From Dehalococcoidia bacterium (GTDB taxonomy: Bacteria; Chloroflexota; Dehalococcoidia; GIF9; AB-539-J10): a stretch of DNA of 64,000 bases. This document shows, piece after piece, positions 1 to 9,700 of the stretch. The first letter of the stretch is position 1. Each line of letters begins with the position of its first letter. A program made the translations under genes and the position numbers. The notes under the pieces were generated by a model, which had not been told where the DNA came from, did no database searches, and saw only the letters and a list, made by a program, of their open reading frames with translations. The stretch is from contig JAGGVQ010000006.1 in the NCBI GenBank assembly GCA_021157895.1, positions 80,208-144,207 on the forward strand, read 5' to 3'.

Positions 1-1
1 T

Positions 2-769
2 GGCTTTCCTATGATTGAAGGCCAGGCAGAGCAAGCGGTTAAACAGGCAATTTCGGCATCTAACCTGAATCTTCTAGGTTTCCATTTTCACCTTGGCTCT
101 CCCATAGTCGAGATGAATCCATACGAAGGGGCTATAGAGATGGTTCTGAACTTTGCTCATCGAATGAAGACAAACTATCGCCTTGAAATTGCCGAATTCA
201 GTCCTGGTGGGGGTTTTGCTGTGCGCTATACCGTGGGAGCAGATGAGCCTTCTATACGTGACTATGCTCAAGCAATTACCGGCAAGCTGCTCAGCTTGCT
301 CCCCGAGATGGACTTAGGGGTTCCCAGGTTGATTATTGAGCCGGGGAGGAGAATCATAGCACAAGCAGGGGTGGCATTGTACCATGTCGGAGCCACAAAG
401 GAGATACCAGGGGTAAAGAAGTATGTATTTGTTGATGGTGGGATGTCGGATAATATTCGCCCTGCGCTGTATGAGGCTGAGTATGAGGCAGTGGTAGCTA
501 ATAAGATTCTGGATGAAGGTGTAGGTCAGTTTACTATTGCTGGCAAGTTGTGTGAGTCGGGAGATATTTTGGTGCGAGATACTAAACTTCCTGCGGTGTC
601 AACTGGCGATCTTATTGCTATGCCTGCCTGTGGCGCTTATTGTGTAGCTATGTCCAGTAATTATAATGCTTTACCGCGTCCCGCTATAGTGATGTTGAAT
701 CAGGGTGAGGCGCATTTGATACGGCGGCGAGAAAACTATCAAGATTTGATGGGTTTAGACATAGATTAG
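2..769 (+). CDS. lysA: diaminopimelate decarboxylase, C-terminal part (5' end outside the window)
   Basis: The frame is open from the window edge. The translation shows PLP-dependent Orn/DAP/Arg decarboxylase motifs (FSPGGGF, IIEPGRRI, AGKLCESGD, ACGAYC). Confidence 0.85.
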   Translation, partial: GFPMIEGQAEQAVKQAISASNLNLLGFHFHLGSPIVEMNPYEGAIEMVLNFAHRMKTNYRLEIAEFSPGGGFAVRYTVGADEPSIRDYAQAITGKLLSLLPEMDLGVPRLIIEPGRRIIAQAGVALYHVGATKEIPGVKKYVFVDGGMSDNIRPALYEAEYEAVVANKILDEGVGQFTIAGKLCESGDILVRDTKLPAVSTGDLIAMPACGAYCVAMSSNYNALPRPAIVMLNQGEAHLIRRRENYQDLMGLDID

Positions 770-770
770 T

Positions 771-1766
771 ATGTGGCAAGTCATAGGGCAGGACAAGATC
801 TTAGCTTTATTGGATTACAGCTTGAAATCGGGGGATATAGCGCACGCTTATCTCTTGCTGGGGCCACAACATGTAGGTAAAAAAACTCTTGCCATTAGCT
901 TTGCTCAGGCGTTGAATTGTGATGGGCAGGGGGTTCCTTGTGGTCAATGTGCATCGTGCCGCCGCATTTGGGAAGGCAAGCACTCTGATGTTATTTCTAT
1001 AGGACCTGGTGTCAGGAAGGCGATCAGCATTGATGATATCCGTGAGCTTCAGCATTTGGCCAATCTTCCTCCCTATGAAAGCAAACACAGAGTATTTATT
1101 ATTGATGGCGCAGAATACTTGTCTGTGGAAGCAGCTAATGCCCTGCTTAAGATATTAGAGGATCCACCGCCCAAATTGACCTGGCTGTTATTAGCATCTG
1201 ATGATCAGTATTTGTTGCCCACCGTAGGTTCACGATGTCAGCGGCTGGAGTTGCGGCCACTGCCGCGTGAGCAGATGCGCAGATTTCTTATTGAGTCACG
1301 TCAAGTGGAGTGGAGTAAAGCAGACCTGCTTTCTCGTCTATCTCAGGGTTGTCTTGGCTGGGCATTATCTGCTCTGGATGGAGATGAATGGCTGGAGCAG
1401 AGACGCCAAATGGTAAGCAAGTTATCTTCTCTGTTGGATATCAGTTTTGCGGAAAGGTTTGATTATGCTCAGGCGCGTGCGGCTGAGCTGGAGAAGAAGC
1501 ATGAGCCTGCAGTTGAGCTAGTAAACGCTTGGTTTGGTTGGTGGCGAGACTTGTTGCTTACCAAGATGGATGGTATGGATAGTATTGCCAATATTGATTA
1601 CCAGGATTTGCTAAGAGCTCAAGCAAGTGTGTTGAGCTTAGGGGAAATCAAGGAGTTTATCGACAAACTATATAAGATGCAGCAAGGGTTAGTTAGCAAT
1701 GCTAATTTGCGCCTGATGTTTGAGTGGCTGATGGTTAATATGCCACGCAAGGAAGTTATTACATGA
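771..1766 (+). CDS. holB: DNA polymerase III delta-prime subunit
   Basis: Clamp-loader N-terminus HAYLLLGPQHVGKKT followed by the zinc module CGQCASCRRI. Length is 331 aa. Confidence 0.85.
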   Translation: MWQVIGQDKILALLDYSLKSGDIAHAYLLLGPQHVGKKTLAISFAQALNCDGQGVPCGQCASCRRIWEGKHSDVISIGPGVRKAISIDDIRELQHLANLPPYESKHRVFIIDGAEYLSVEAANALLKILEDPPPKLTWLLLASDDQYLLPTVGSRCQRLELRPLPREQMRRFLIESRQVEWSKADLLSRLSQGCLGWALSALDGDEWLEQRRQMVSKLSSLLDISFAERFDYAQARAAELEKKHEPAVELVNAWFGWWRDLLLTKMDGMDSIANIDYQDLLRAQASVLSLGEIKEFIDKLYKMQQGLVSNANLRLMFEWLMVNMPRKEVIT

Positions 1767-2554
1767 GTAAAGTAGCTGGAGTTCGTTTCCAATTTGGAGG
1801 GAAGTTGTTCTATTGTGATCCTGGCGAGGTGATGTTGCAAGCTGGCGATCGTGTAGTGGTGAGCACGGAGCACGGAAGAGATTTGGCTGAGGTTGTCATT
1901 CCTGAAAGCGATGTAGGGGGTAGTGGTCAGACAGAGCCCTTGTTCTCTTTGGTTCGCTTGGCTCAGCAGGAAGACCTTGATAAGGCTGATCCTAATGGAG
2001 AAAACGAGGCTTTGTACAAATGTCAGGAGATGGCTACTAGGTTGGGCTTGAGCATGAAGTGTTTGTCGGCTCATTACAATCTGGACCATAGCTATTTAGT
2101 TATTTTATTTGGTGCTCGGGAGAGGGTTGATTTCCGTGGATTGGTACGGAAGTTGTGCCGTAGCTTTAAAAGTAGGGTTGAACTGCGGCAGGTAGGCCCC
2201 AGAGATAAAGCTAGGTTACTGGGGGGGGTGGGCAGGTGTGGGTATCCCTTATGTTGTCAGAGTTTCCTGACTACGTTTACCCCCGTTTCTATCAAGATGG
2301 CTAAGGAGCAGGGTTTGGCTTTGAATCCAGCGAAGATCACTGGTGTTTGTGGCCGTCTTTTGTGTTGTCTGGGCTATGAAAATGGACAATATGCCGAGAT
2401 GAAGAGAAGGATGCCCTATGTTGGACAGAAGGTCTCCACATCGGCAGGCAAGGCTACTGTGACTAAACTTGATCTATTGAAAGATATAGTGACAGTGGAG
2501 CTTGATGATCAGACAACCAGAGAATTTCTTACTAATCAGTTATCGTGGGAGTGA
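1763..2554 (+). CDS. PSP1 domain protein (RicT/YaaT-like)
   Basis: Has the Cys-rich PSP1 C-terminal segment (GRCGYPLCCQSF, GVCGRLLCCLGYE). Its 4-nt overlap with holB matches the common holB-yaaT pairing. Confidence 0.8.
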   Translation: MSKVAGVRFQFGGKLFYCDPGEVMLQAGDRVVVSTEHGRDLAEVVIPESDVGGSGQTEPLFSLVRLAQQEDLDKADPNGENEALYKCQEMATRLGLSMKCLSAHYNLDHSYLVILFGARERVDFRGLVRKLCRSFKSRVELRQVGPRDKARLLGGVGRCGYPLCCQSFLTTFTPVSIKMAKEQGLALNPAKITGVCGRLLCCLGYENGQYAEMKRRMPYVGQKVSTSAGKATVTKLDLLKDIVTVELDDQTTREFLTNQLSWE

Positions 2555-3051
2555 GGCAGATATTTTTGCCATTCGGCATGGTCATTTAAGTGTGGGTATG
2601 GAATGGATATGCCATTGTTATGGGGAGGGGAAGGCTTATGTAGTAATTTCATTCCGGCTTCATTGGGTGTCCGACCTCCCTTACGGTGATTGCAATGAGT
2701 ACAGGCACTCACGATGTTATCCCAGCTGTGTTTTCCACCTTGCTTACGGGGGATTACATGGTCTAAGGTGAGTTCTTTAGTTTGATGGCCGCAGTACTGG
2801 CAAGTGTAGTGGTCTCGCTGGAATATTTCAAATCTGGTCAGTTTCTTTTGTAGCCGTGGGCGATGAACGAAGAAAGTTAATCTAACTACTGATGGGATCT
2901 GGAAAGCTTGAGTGATGGAGTGTAGTTCTCCTCTGCCATTTTCTAGAGCCTCAGCCTTGCCATTGAAAATTAGTATCATAGCCCGGCGCACGCGGCATAG
3001 ATTGAGTGGCTCATAGGTTTGGTTAAGAACAAGCACTGGTAAGTCTATCAT
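2536..3051 (-). CDS. HNH endonuclease family protein
   Basis: HNH/zinc motif CQYCGH...LDHVIPRKQGGKHSWDNIVSACTHCNHRKG. Confidence 0.8.
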   Translation of the reverse strand: MIDLPVLVLNQTYEPLNLCRVRRAMILIFNGKAEALENGRGELHSITQAFQIPSVVRLTFFVHRPRLQKKLTRFEIFQRDHYTCQYCGHQTKELTLDHVIPRKQGGKHSWDNIVSACTHCNHRKGGRTPNEAGMKLLHKPSPPHNNGISIPYPHLNDHAEWQKYLPHSHDN

Positions 3052-3215
3052 GATGCAACTTTGAATTGGCGTTGAGATAGTGTAGCAATCATCTCTCTAT
3101 GGTGCAACAGCCGGCATTTATTGCATGATGATATCATGAGATATGGAACCAAGGGTATCGGCGGATGCGAACGGAAGTTGTATGGACCAGCGTAGGTGAT
3201 GTGGGGGATAGGATT

Positions 3216-3683
3216 TTACGCCACTCCATAGAAATCCCAGAGAATACCAAGAGGGAAGGTGGTCTCATCAGAGTTCTGTTTAACTTTCGGTTCTGACTCG
3301 TATATTGCTTTTTCTAAAGCTCTCTGTGCGATGTCTTGTTGATGATTCATCCCTGAATTGTTGCTGCCCTTGCCCTGCGGGGCGCCTAGAAGGAAGCTGG
3401 CTAAACCATGTATTGCATCCCGTTCTTCCTGGATTTTGGCCATATCCCCGATTGATAGTGATCCATAAATTACCTTCACGCAATCCTTAGATTGGTAGTG
3501 TGATTCCCATTGTTTTACATGCTCCACCATATCTGGGGATAAGACTACAATGTATCCTTGGGCTTGTTCCCCTTGACTCCGGATTTCTTTGATGGCATAC
3601 GCAAGCCGGAGGTAGTCCAGTTCGCAATCTAAATAGTTTTTTGGGCTGGAGTAGGATGTTGTTATTCCCAGTATATGTTTCAC
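3216..3683 (-). CDS. hypothetical protein (alpha/beta pattern, no recognisable family)
   Basis: 155-aa ORF with a GTG start preceded by GGAG 9 nt upstream. Composition looks protein-like and I recognise no motif. Confidence 0.5.
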   Translation of the reverse strand: MKHILGITTSYSSPKNYLDCELDYLRLAYAIKEIRSQGEQAQGYIVVLSPDMVEHVKQWESHYQSKDCVKVIYGSLSIGDMAKIQEERDAIHGLASFLLGAPQGKGSNNSGMNHQQDIAQRALEKAIYESEPKVKQNSDETTFPLGILWDFYGVA

Positions 3684-3864
3684 TTAGCTTTTCTCCACTT
3701 TTATGTGGGAATATGTAGAGTATACCTCGTTGAGATTGAATTTCAACGTTGTACGTACAAAAATCAGAATTAAGCTCTCGTGTCCTGCTAGAGAGAAGGA
3801 GTTATCTTCCTTGGAACATAATTTTACTATTTACTCTGTTTGGCATGAAGTACAAATGGGACAG

Positions 3865-4266
3865 TTATTTGGGGGTGGGTGGGGAAGGCTTGATAGCTTT
3901 CAGGGAGAGAATTCCTTTCTGTAGTGCTAGCACTACAGCGTGGGTACGATTATTAGCATCAAGTTTGGAGAGAATAACATTGACCTGATTTTGTATGGTA
4001 TCTTCGCTGACTTCGAATTTTATGGCTATTTCTTTTGTGCTATCTCCTGAGGCGAGGAGATATAGTATCTGGGTCTCATATGTTGTGAGCAGGGAGATAG
4101 GTTTCTTTTGCCTCCGAGTTGTTCTTCCCGTGCTTCTGAGCAAGATTTGTGCCCTTTGTTTGCTGGTCCCCAGGAAGTCACCGATTTCTCGTAATGTAGC
4201 TGCTGGATGCTGAACAAGATATATATCGATTATCTCTTTTAAGTGTTTTCTCTGTGTTTTGGCCAT
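3865..4266 (-). CDS. LuxR-family helix-turn-helix transcriptional regulator (small, no receiver domain)
   Basis: C-terminal LuxR/GerE HTH (ETQILYLLASGDSTKEIAIKFEVSEDTIQNQVNVILSKLDANNRTHAV). A second HTH-like segment sits at the N-terminus (ATLREIGDFLGTSKQRAQ). Confidence 0.7.
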   Translation of the reverse strand: MAKTQRKHLKEIIDIYLVQHPAATLREIGDFLGTSKQRAQILLRSTGRTTRRQKKPISLLTTYETQILYLLASGDSTKEIAIKFEVSEDTIQNQVNVILSKLDANNRTHAVVLALQKGILSLKAIKPSPPTPK

Positions 4267-4292
4267 TGTGGATTTTCTGTTGCTTTGGTGGG

Positions 4293-4329
4293 GGATAACC
4301 AGAATACAGTGCTATTTTCACGGTTATCC
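4293..4329. promoter_or_regulatory. 8-bp perfect inverted repeat GGATAACC-N21-GGTTATCC in the divergent LuxR/lipoprotein intergenic region (candidate operator)
   Basis: Read directly from the sequence. It lies 27-63 nt upstream of the LuxR-family start codon. Confidence 0.25.
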
Positions 4330-4509
4330 TGCCATGCCTTTTGACTTTTATCTACCATGTGTTTTCTCTAAAAGTATCGCATTGTTATTCGCCTGGGGCA
4401 AGGGTTTTCATAGCCTAGCTGTATGAAACAACATAATTTCTAGCACTGTACTTGTTGTGATTTGTCGTGCATCGCTGTTTTAGCAGTCTGATGGCACTAT
4501 CCAAGTTTC

Positions 4510-5589
4510 ATGCAGATTGTTATTATGGAAGATATGGAGAGTCAGGTAGAGGGACGGCATAGTCATAAGGCAATCTTGCTTGTTGGAATTATGTTTTTGT
4601 TTGGCAGCCTGTTAATGTTTGCTGGTTGCAAGGCTGCTGTGAATCCTCCTCCACCTGTGGCAGTTCCTGATGTCATTCCTCAAAAAGCGGATTTACTGGG
4701 GAGCATCAATATAGCTGAAGTTATAGATGATGATATCTTGACTGCAGCTTACTTGGCTTGGGCCGGAGGAAATTCTGATAAGCCGCCAACCTGGGATGAT
4801 GCTTTAGATAGCATCGAAAGTGATACAGGAGTAGACCTGAGGGATTTTTCTAGTATCATTATGTTTGCTGATGCCCAGTCAGTAGCTAGTTGCAGGGAGT
4901 CTGGAGAGAATGTCAGTATGCCTTATTTTGGTGTTGTAGCTGAAGGAAATCTAAGCGAGAGTGTTCTTGTAGACAGTATAGAGAGTAAATTGGGGCAGGA
5001 GCTTATTACTACTGATTATCATGGCTATGCTATATATAATCTTCCTCCGCTTGATGCTCAGGATGGATCTATCAGCATGGTGTTTCTTGCTGATGGACGT
5101 GTGGTTTTTGGTGATTCAGTTGCTGTCACCGATGTTATTGATGTTGTGCGGGGAGTACACCCATCTATTAGTGGTACTGCTGGTGACCTGTATTCTAAAC
5201 TTGGAGATGTCCCCATTAGGTTAGTAACCCATGTGCCTGGTAGTGTGACCGATGAGATTCCTCCCGAGATACCTCTAGGTCCCACCAGCTTGAGTCTGCT
5301 GTCATTCCACGACATCGAGTATTTGGCGCTCAGCTTGATGAGGAAGCAAGATGTTGTTCATACCGTCGTGAGTCTGGAGTTTAGCAACAGTGATTCAGCA
5401 AAGACCAGCTATCAGATGATGTGGGTTGCTCAAAAGGCAGGCAAGTATATTACGGATGATCCTGATGTTGAAGGTTTACTCTCGAGGGTTCATTTATCTC
5501 GCTCAGAATCTTCTGTGTTCCTAACGGTAGATATGATTGCCAGTGAGTTAAGTGAGATAGTAGATGTCCTCAGCGCGAAGTCTCAATAG
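4510..5589 (+). CDS. hypothetical lipoprotein
   Basis: Hydrophobic signal peptide ending in the lipobox LMFAGC. The mature part is acidic and Ser/Val-rich with no recognised domain. The exact start among several N-terminal Met codons is uncertain. Confidence 0.55.
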   Translation: MQIVIMEDMESQVEGRHSHKAILLVGIMFLFGSLLMFAGCKAAVNPPPPVAVPDVIPQKADLLGSINIAEVIDDDILTAAYLAWAGGNSDKPPTWDDALDSIESDTGVDLRDFSSIIMFADAQSVASCRESGENVSMPYFGVVAEGNLSESVLVDSIESKLGQELITTDYHGYAIYNLPPLDAQDGSISMVFLADGRVVFGDSVAVTDVIDVVRGVHPSISGTAGDLYSKLGDVPIRLVTHVPGSVTDEIPPEIPLGPTSLSLLSFHDIEYLALSLMRKQDVVHTVVSLEFSNSDSAKTSYQMMWVAQKAGKYITDDPDVEGLLSRVHLSRSESSVFLTVDMIASELSEIVDVLSAKSQ

Positions 5590-5669
5590 GCAGAAAGTCC
5601 TTTTGGCCATGCTTGGTTATTCCGCTTATTGACAAGTGAATAGGTGAGAACTCCTTTCTGTTGCGGCAA

Positions 5670-7040
5670 TTAATAATGTGTGGATCTCCTAGATGGTTTT
5701 ATGTTGCCACGATAATCAGGAGCCATAATGTTAAATACCAGGCTTAATTGAGGATCTACCATGCGTGAGCTGATGCGAGCTTCAATTTCATCCAGAGAGA
5801 GGCATGTGGTAATTACGGTAGGAGCCCTGGCATTATAACGATAGTTAATTAGCTGGTAAAGCTTTTCTTGGGCCCAGGGGGTAGCAGCTTGTTCCCCAAA
5901 GTCATCCAGTATCAATAACGGGACCTTTTTAATGTTTTCAAAGGACTCGTCGTAGGATATGTTGCTCTGTGGACTGAAAGTAGAGCGAAGGTAATCTAAC
6001 AGGTCAGGTATGACAATAAAGAAAACAGGTTTGCCTTGTGTTAGCTGATAGTTGCCGATAGCTGCGGCCAGATGTGTTTTTCCACAGCCATTTACACCTT
6101 GAAATATCAACCAGCCCTCTGGAGAGTGGGAAAACTCTTCCGCCAGATGAAAAGCTTGACGTAAATTCTGTCTTTGCTCTGGGGGGAGTTCTAGCCTCTT
6201 GTGATCGAAGTTGTCGAATGTCATTTGCTTCAGTAGTTTTAATTGTAAGTTGTCTAATTTAACCAAAGAGGGTTCTTGCTCCAACCTGTATGCCTGACAG
6301 AAATTGCTGTCTGTGATATGTCGGCGCAAGCGCTCATCCATTTTTTCCAGTGCCACATCACTGGTAATCACGGTTGCTAGTTTGGCATCGAAGCGGTAGC
6401 TGAGTAGTTGCTCTAGTTTCTCCTTCGCCCATGGGGTTGTGCTCTGCGTAGTGAGATCATCGAGTATTAGCAGGGGGGCATTTTTTACTTTCTCGAATAT
6501 CTCGTCATAACTTGCATTACTTGTTGGACTAAATGCTGAGCGCATGTGGTCCAGTAAATCAGCTGCCGAAATATAAAATACTGCTTGGCCTAATGACAGG
6601 CGCTGGTTAGCGGTGGCGCAGGCTAGGTGGGTTTTACCACAACCGCTGGGTCCAAGCAATATCAACCAGCCTTCAGGATGATCGGCGAAGGATTTAGCAG
6701 CCTTGTATGCTTGAGCAAACTCCCCCTGTGTAATTATGTCCTTTGTTTTTCCCTGTGGTGATAAGGTGTCAAAAGTGAAGTGGGATAGAGCTCCCAGATT
6801 GCTGTACTGCTCCAGATATTGCGATTTTTCCTGTAGTATTTCGTCTTGGATACATTGACAGGGCACTATTCGATTGTAATCGGGCTTTCCTGAGGGCAAC
6901 AATGGATGAACAAAACGCGCTCCATTGCAAATAGGACATATTGTTTTTGTGGTGTGACTATCTTTTGACGAGATGTCCATATTTGCCTGAGATGTATTTG
7001 TCTGGATTACCCTTTTTAGTGTTTTGCCAATGTGTTCCAT
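5670..7040 (-). CDS. DnaC/DnaI-like helicase loader with two tandem AAA+ modules and an N-terminal zinc ribbon
   Basis: Zinc ribbon CPICNG...CQC. Module 1 has GPSGCGKTHL, LLILDDL and TVITSD. Module 2 has GVNGCGKTHL, LLILDDF and TVITT. An alternative start is at 6980. Confidence 0.75.
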   Translation of the reverse strand: MEHIGKTLKRVIQTNTSQANMDISSKDSHTTKTICPICNGARFVHPLLPSGKPDYNRIVPCQCIQDEILQEKSQYLEQYSNLGALSHFTFDTLSPQGKTKDIITQGEFAQAYKAAKSFADHPEGWLILLGPSGCGKTHLACATANQRLSLGQAVFYISAADLLDHMRSAFSPTSNASYDEIFEKVKNAPLLILDDLTTQSTTPWAKEKLEQLLSYRFDAKLATVITSDVALEKMDERLRRHITDSNFCQAYRLEQEPSLVKLDNLQLKLLKQMTFDNFDHKRLELPPEQRQNLRQAFHLAEEFSHSPEGWLIFQGVNGCGKTHLAAAIGNYQLTQGKPVFFIVIPDLLDYLRSTFSPQSNISYDESFENIKKVPLLILDDFGEQAATPWAQEKLYQLINYRYNARAPTVITTCLSLDEIEARISSRMVDPQLSLVFNIMAPDYRGNIKPSRRSTHY

Positions 7041-7620
7041 TTTTTTTGCCCTGGCTAGCCCATATTTCCAAAATTCGGGCGATGTATCTCCAACTGCGCT
7101 TGTTTGCCACCACTGCCTCTTTGAAGGCTTGTTCTATCCACTGGGGTGAGTATCGCTTCTCCGACTCCTTGAGTTCTTCCGCTATCATTGGTGTTATTAT
7201 ACCGATGTTCTGCTCGTATAAAGTAAATATATTGGGGGTGGTTTTCTTTCTTTCCCGATTGAGCTGTCTGAAATGTGCTTTGCCTTTCAGGACTTGCTCG
7301 ATTTCATTCCTGTCGGTGTTGTTGGCATAGATGTGCTGAATCTTTCCTCTTGAGTTGAGCGTGGCAGAAAATATGGCCCCGTGTTCAACTGCAAGTTTCA
7401 AGGCTTGTTTGAGTGTTTCCTCATCTAACTCGGCAATGGAACTGGCTTGGGATGCAAGTTCTTGGTATGTAACGTAGGCGGGGATTTTCTTTTTAGAGTG
7501 TAGTAGATAGAAAATAAGTAGAGTTGCTTTGATCTGGGCGATATCGTGAGTTTGTAATAACACATTGGTACAAAATAGGGAAGGTAGCGAGAAGAAGTCA
7601 GTACTCACTGTCTCTGTCAT
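6958..7620 (-). CDS. DnaD-domain replication protein
   Basis: C-terminal DnaD/DnaB_2 signature (NIFTLYEQNIGIITPMIAEELKE...WIEQAFKEAVVANKRSWRYIARILEIW). It lies 8 nt downstream of dnaB. Confidence 0.7.
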   Translation of the reverse strand: MTETVSTDFFSLPSLFCTNVLLQTHDIAQIKATLLIFYLLHSKKKIPAYVTYQELASQASSIAELDEETLKQALKLAVEHGAIFSATLNSRGKIQHIYANNTDRNEIEQVLKGKAHFRQLNRERKKTTPNIFTLYEQNIGIITPMIAEELKESEKRYSPQWIEQAFKEAVVANKRSWRYIARILEIWASQGKKNGTHWQNTKKGNPDKYISGKYGHLVKR

Positions 7621-7628
7621 ATTATCCT

Positions 7629-9035
7629 TTAAGATGTAGAGAGTGGTTGGGCCTTCAGGTTATCAAATTTAGCAATTTTGTCTAGAAATCTGAGCTTAAC
7701 TTGTCCCAAAGGGCCGTTTCTATGCTTGGATATAATGACATCGCTGATGCCTTGGGGGTATGGCTCCATGTCTATATCGTGTAGCCGGCTCCACTCATCC
7801 GGCTTGTAATTCATTTCATCCCTGTTAATGAACAGGACTACGTCAGCATCTTGCTCTATGCTACCACTTTCGCGTAGGTCTGAAAGTTGGGGTATGTGAG
7901 AAGTTCGCCCCTCCACCGCTCTATTGAGTTGGGACATGACTAACACAGGCACGTTTAGTTCTCTGGCTAACATTTTTAATGAGCCTGTTATCTCGGTGAT
8001 TGTCTGAACTCGATTTTGTTTCTTATCCTCGCCTTGGATCAGTTGCAGGTAATCGATGATGATTAAATTGATTCCATGCTCCAGCCCGAGCCGGCGTGCC
8101 TTACTCCTGATATCCATTATGCGCATTTGGGGAGAATCATCAATATATATTGGCGCCTCTGATAGGATTCCACTGGCTTTCACTATTTTTATTTCGTCTT
8201 GTCCATTGAAATCTCTGGAACGAATTTTTTTGAGATCTACCTCAGATTCACTGGCGAGGCAGCGTTGTACTACTGATTCGCGGGACATTTCCAAACTGAA
8301 GAATGTGACGCACGCCTGCTGATTAATGGCGGCATTTCTGGCAATGTTCAGTGCCAGGCTTGTTTTCCCGACGCTGGGTCTGGCAGCTAATACGATCAGA
8401 TCAGACCTCTGCAGCCCTCCCAGAAAATCATCTAGAGCAGTAAATCCAGTCAGGATATTGGGTATTTCTCCTGCCTGCAGCGCAGTTTCCCGACTGGCAT
8501 TGTCGAAGTATTGTCCTAATGCCTCGCGAATTGTTACAAAGTCCTGGGTGCTACGTCGAGTTTTTACTTTGAAAAGTATATCCTCAGCCTTGTTGAGACT
8601 GCCATCGATGTCTGAGTCAGCATTGTAGCCAATGGTAGCGATTTCACCGGCTGCATCAATCAACCTGCGCATTGTAGCCATCCGCGATACTATTTCAGCA
8701 TAGTGCTCAATGTGTAATGATGTTGGCACTATTGAGATCAGGTGGGATAGGTAGGCAACTCCGCCAGCCTGCTCCAGAAGGCCTTCTTGCATTAACTCAT
8801 GAGCCACAGTGATCTGATTTATTGCCTCTCTCTGTGGACGTTGATATAGGGATAGACAGGCTTGATAGACCCATTGATTTATATCTACGAAGAAGTCTTC
8901 TTTCTTGAGGAATGTGGCGACTTTGAAGATAGCTTCGGGGTCGATAAGCAAGGATCCAAGTGTAGCTTCTTCTGCATCGACATCATGAGGGGGTAATTTC
9001 TCTTGCATAATCTTATATTTTTTGTTGTTCAACAA
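7629..9035 (-). CDS. dnaB: replicative DNA helicase
   Basis: N-terminal [16 protein letters not shown], Walker [10 protein letters not shown], and the IIDYLQL and SQLNR motifs. The ATG at 9008 (MQEKLPPH), 4 nt after the rplI stop, is an equally plausible start. Confidence 0.9.
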   Translation of the reverse strand: MLNNKKYKIMQEKLPPHDVDAEEATLGSLLIDPEAIFKVATFLKKEDFFVDINQWVYQACLSLYQRPQREAINQITVAHELMQEGLLEQAGGVAYLSHLISIVPTSLHIEHYAEIVSRMATMRRLIDAAGEIATIGYNADSDIDGSLNKAEDILFKVKTRRSTQDFVTIREALGQYFDNASRETALQAGEIPNILTGFTALDDFLGGLQRSDLIVLAARPSVGKTSLALNIARNAAINQQACVTFFSLEMSRESVVQRCLASESEVDLKKIRSRDFNGQDEIKIVKASGILSEAPIYIDDSPQMRIMDIRSKARRLGLEHGINLIIIDYLQLIQGEDKKQNRVQTITEITGSLKMLARELNVPVLVMSQLNRAVEGRTSHIPQLSDLRESGSIEQDADVVLFINRDEMNYKPDEWSRLHDIDMEPYPQGISDVIISKHRNGPLGQVKLRFLDKIAKFDNLKAQPLSTS

Positions 9036-9465
9036 TTACTGTGATACGAGGCTCAAGGTTTTTGCCTAATTTGATACCAATGTTATAGTTACCTATTTCT
9101 CTCAGTGGTTTGTCTATAATCACACTTTTCTTATTGATGGAGGTTCCTATTGTTTGGCTTAATTCCGTGGCGATATCGGCAGCGGTAATGGAACCGAAGA
9201 GACGCTTCCCTGTTTCAGTACGAGCCCGCAGGTGAATTTCCCTTCCTTCAAGTTGCTGAGCTAGCTCAGCAATCTTCTCACGGTTGACTATCTCCTGTTG
9301 TTTTTCCCTCTCTAAGATTAACTGTGCCTGCTTTATTTTCGCTGGTGTAGCCACTGTGGCTAGTCCCATAGGCAAGAGGTAATTTCCGGCGTAGCCTTTG
9401 CTTACCGTTTTTATCTCTCCTATTTGTCCTTTTCCAGGAACATCTTTCAGGAAGATAACCTTCAT
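9013..9465 (-). CDS. rplI: 50S ribosomal protein L9
   Basis: Canonical N-terminus [36 protein letters not shown]. Confidence 0.9.
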   Translation of the reverse strand: MKVIFLKDVPGKGQIGEIKTVSKGYAGNYLLPMGLATVATPAKIKQAQLILEREKQQEIVNREKIAELAQQLEGREIHLRARTETGKRLFGSITAADIATELSQTIGTSINKKSVIIDKPLREIGNYNIGIKLGKNLEPRITVIVEQQKI

Positions 9466-9700
9466 GATAGAACCAATAACCTCTCAATGCTTGGGCCAGC
9501 GGTAGCGCTACCCTCTGCTATGAGGACTGTCTGTATGGTTGCATTGGAACGGGAGTCTCTAGCAGCCAGTATCCCCGGTAGCTCTGTTTTTATTATTCAC
9601 CCATTGGTTATTATGCACCTCTCATCATTTAGAGGTAAAGCCCTATTTAGCAAAACGGAATTGATGCCTGATACTTTGATGGCTATTTCGTGTGGTGCCT

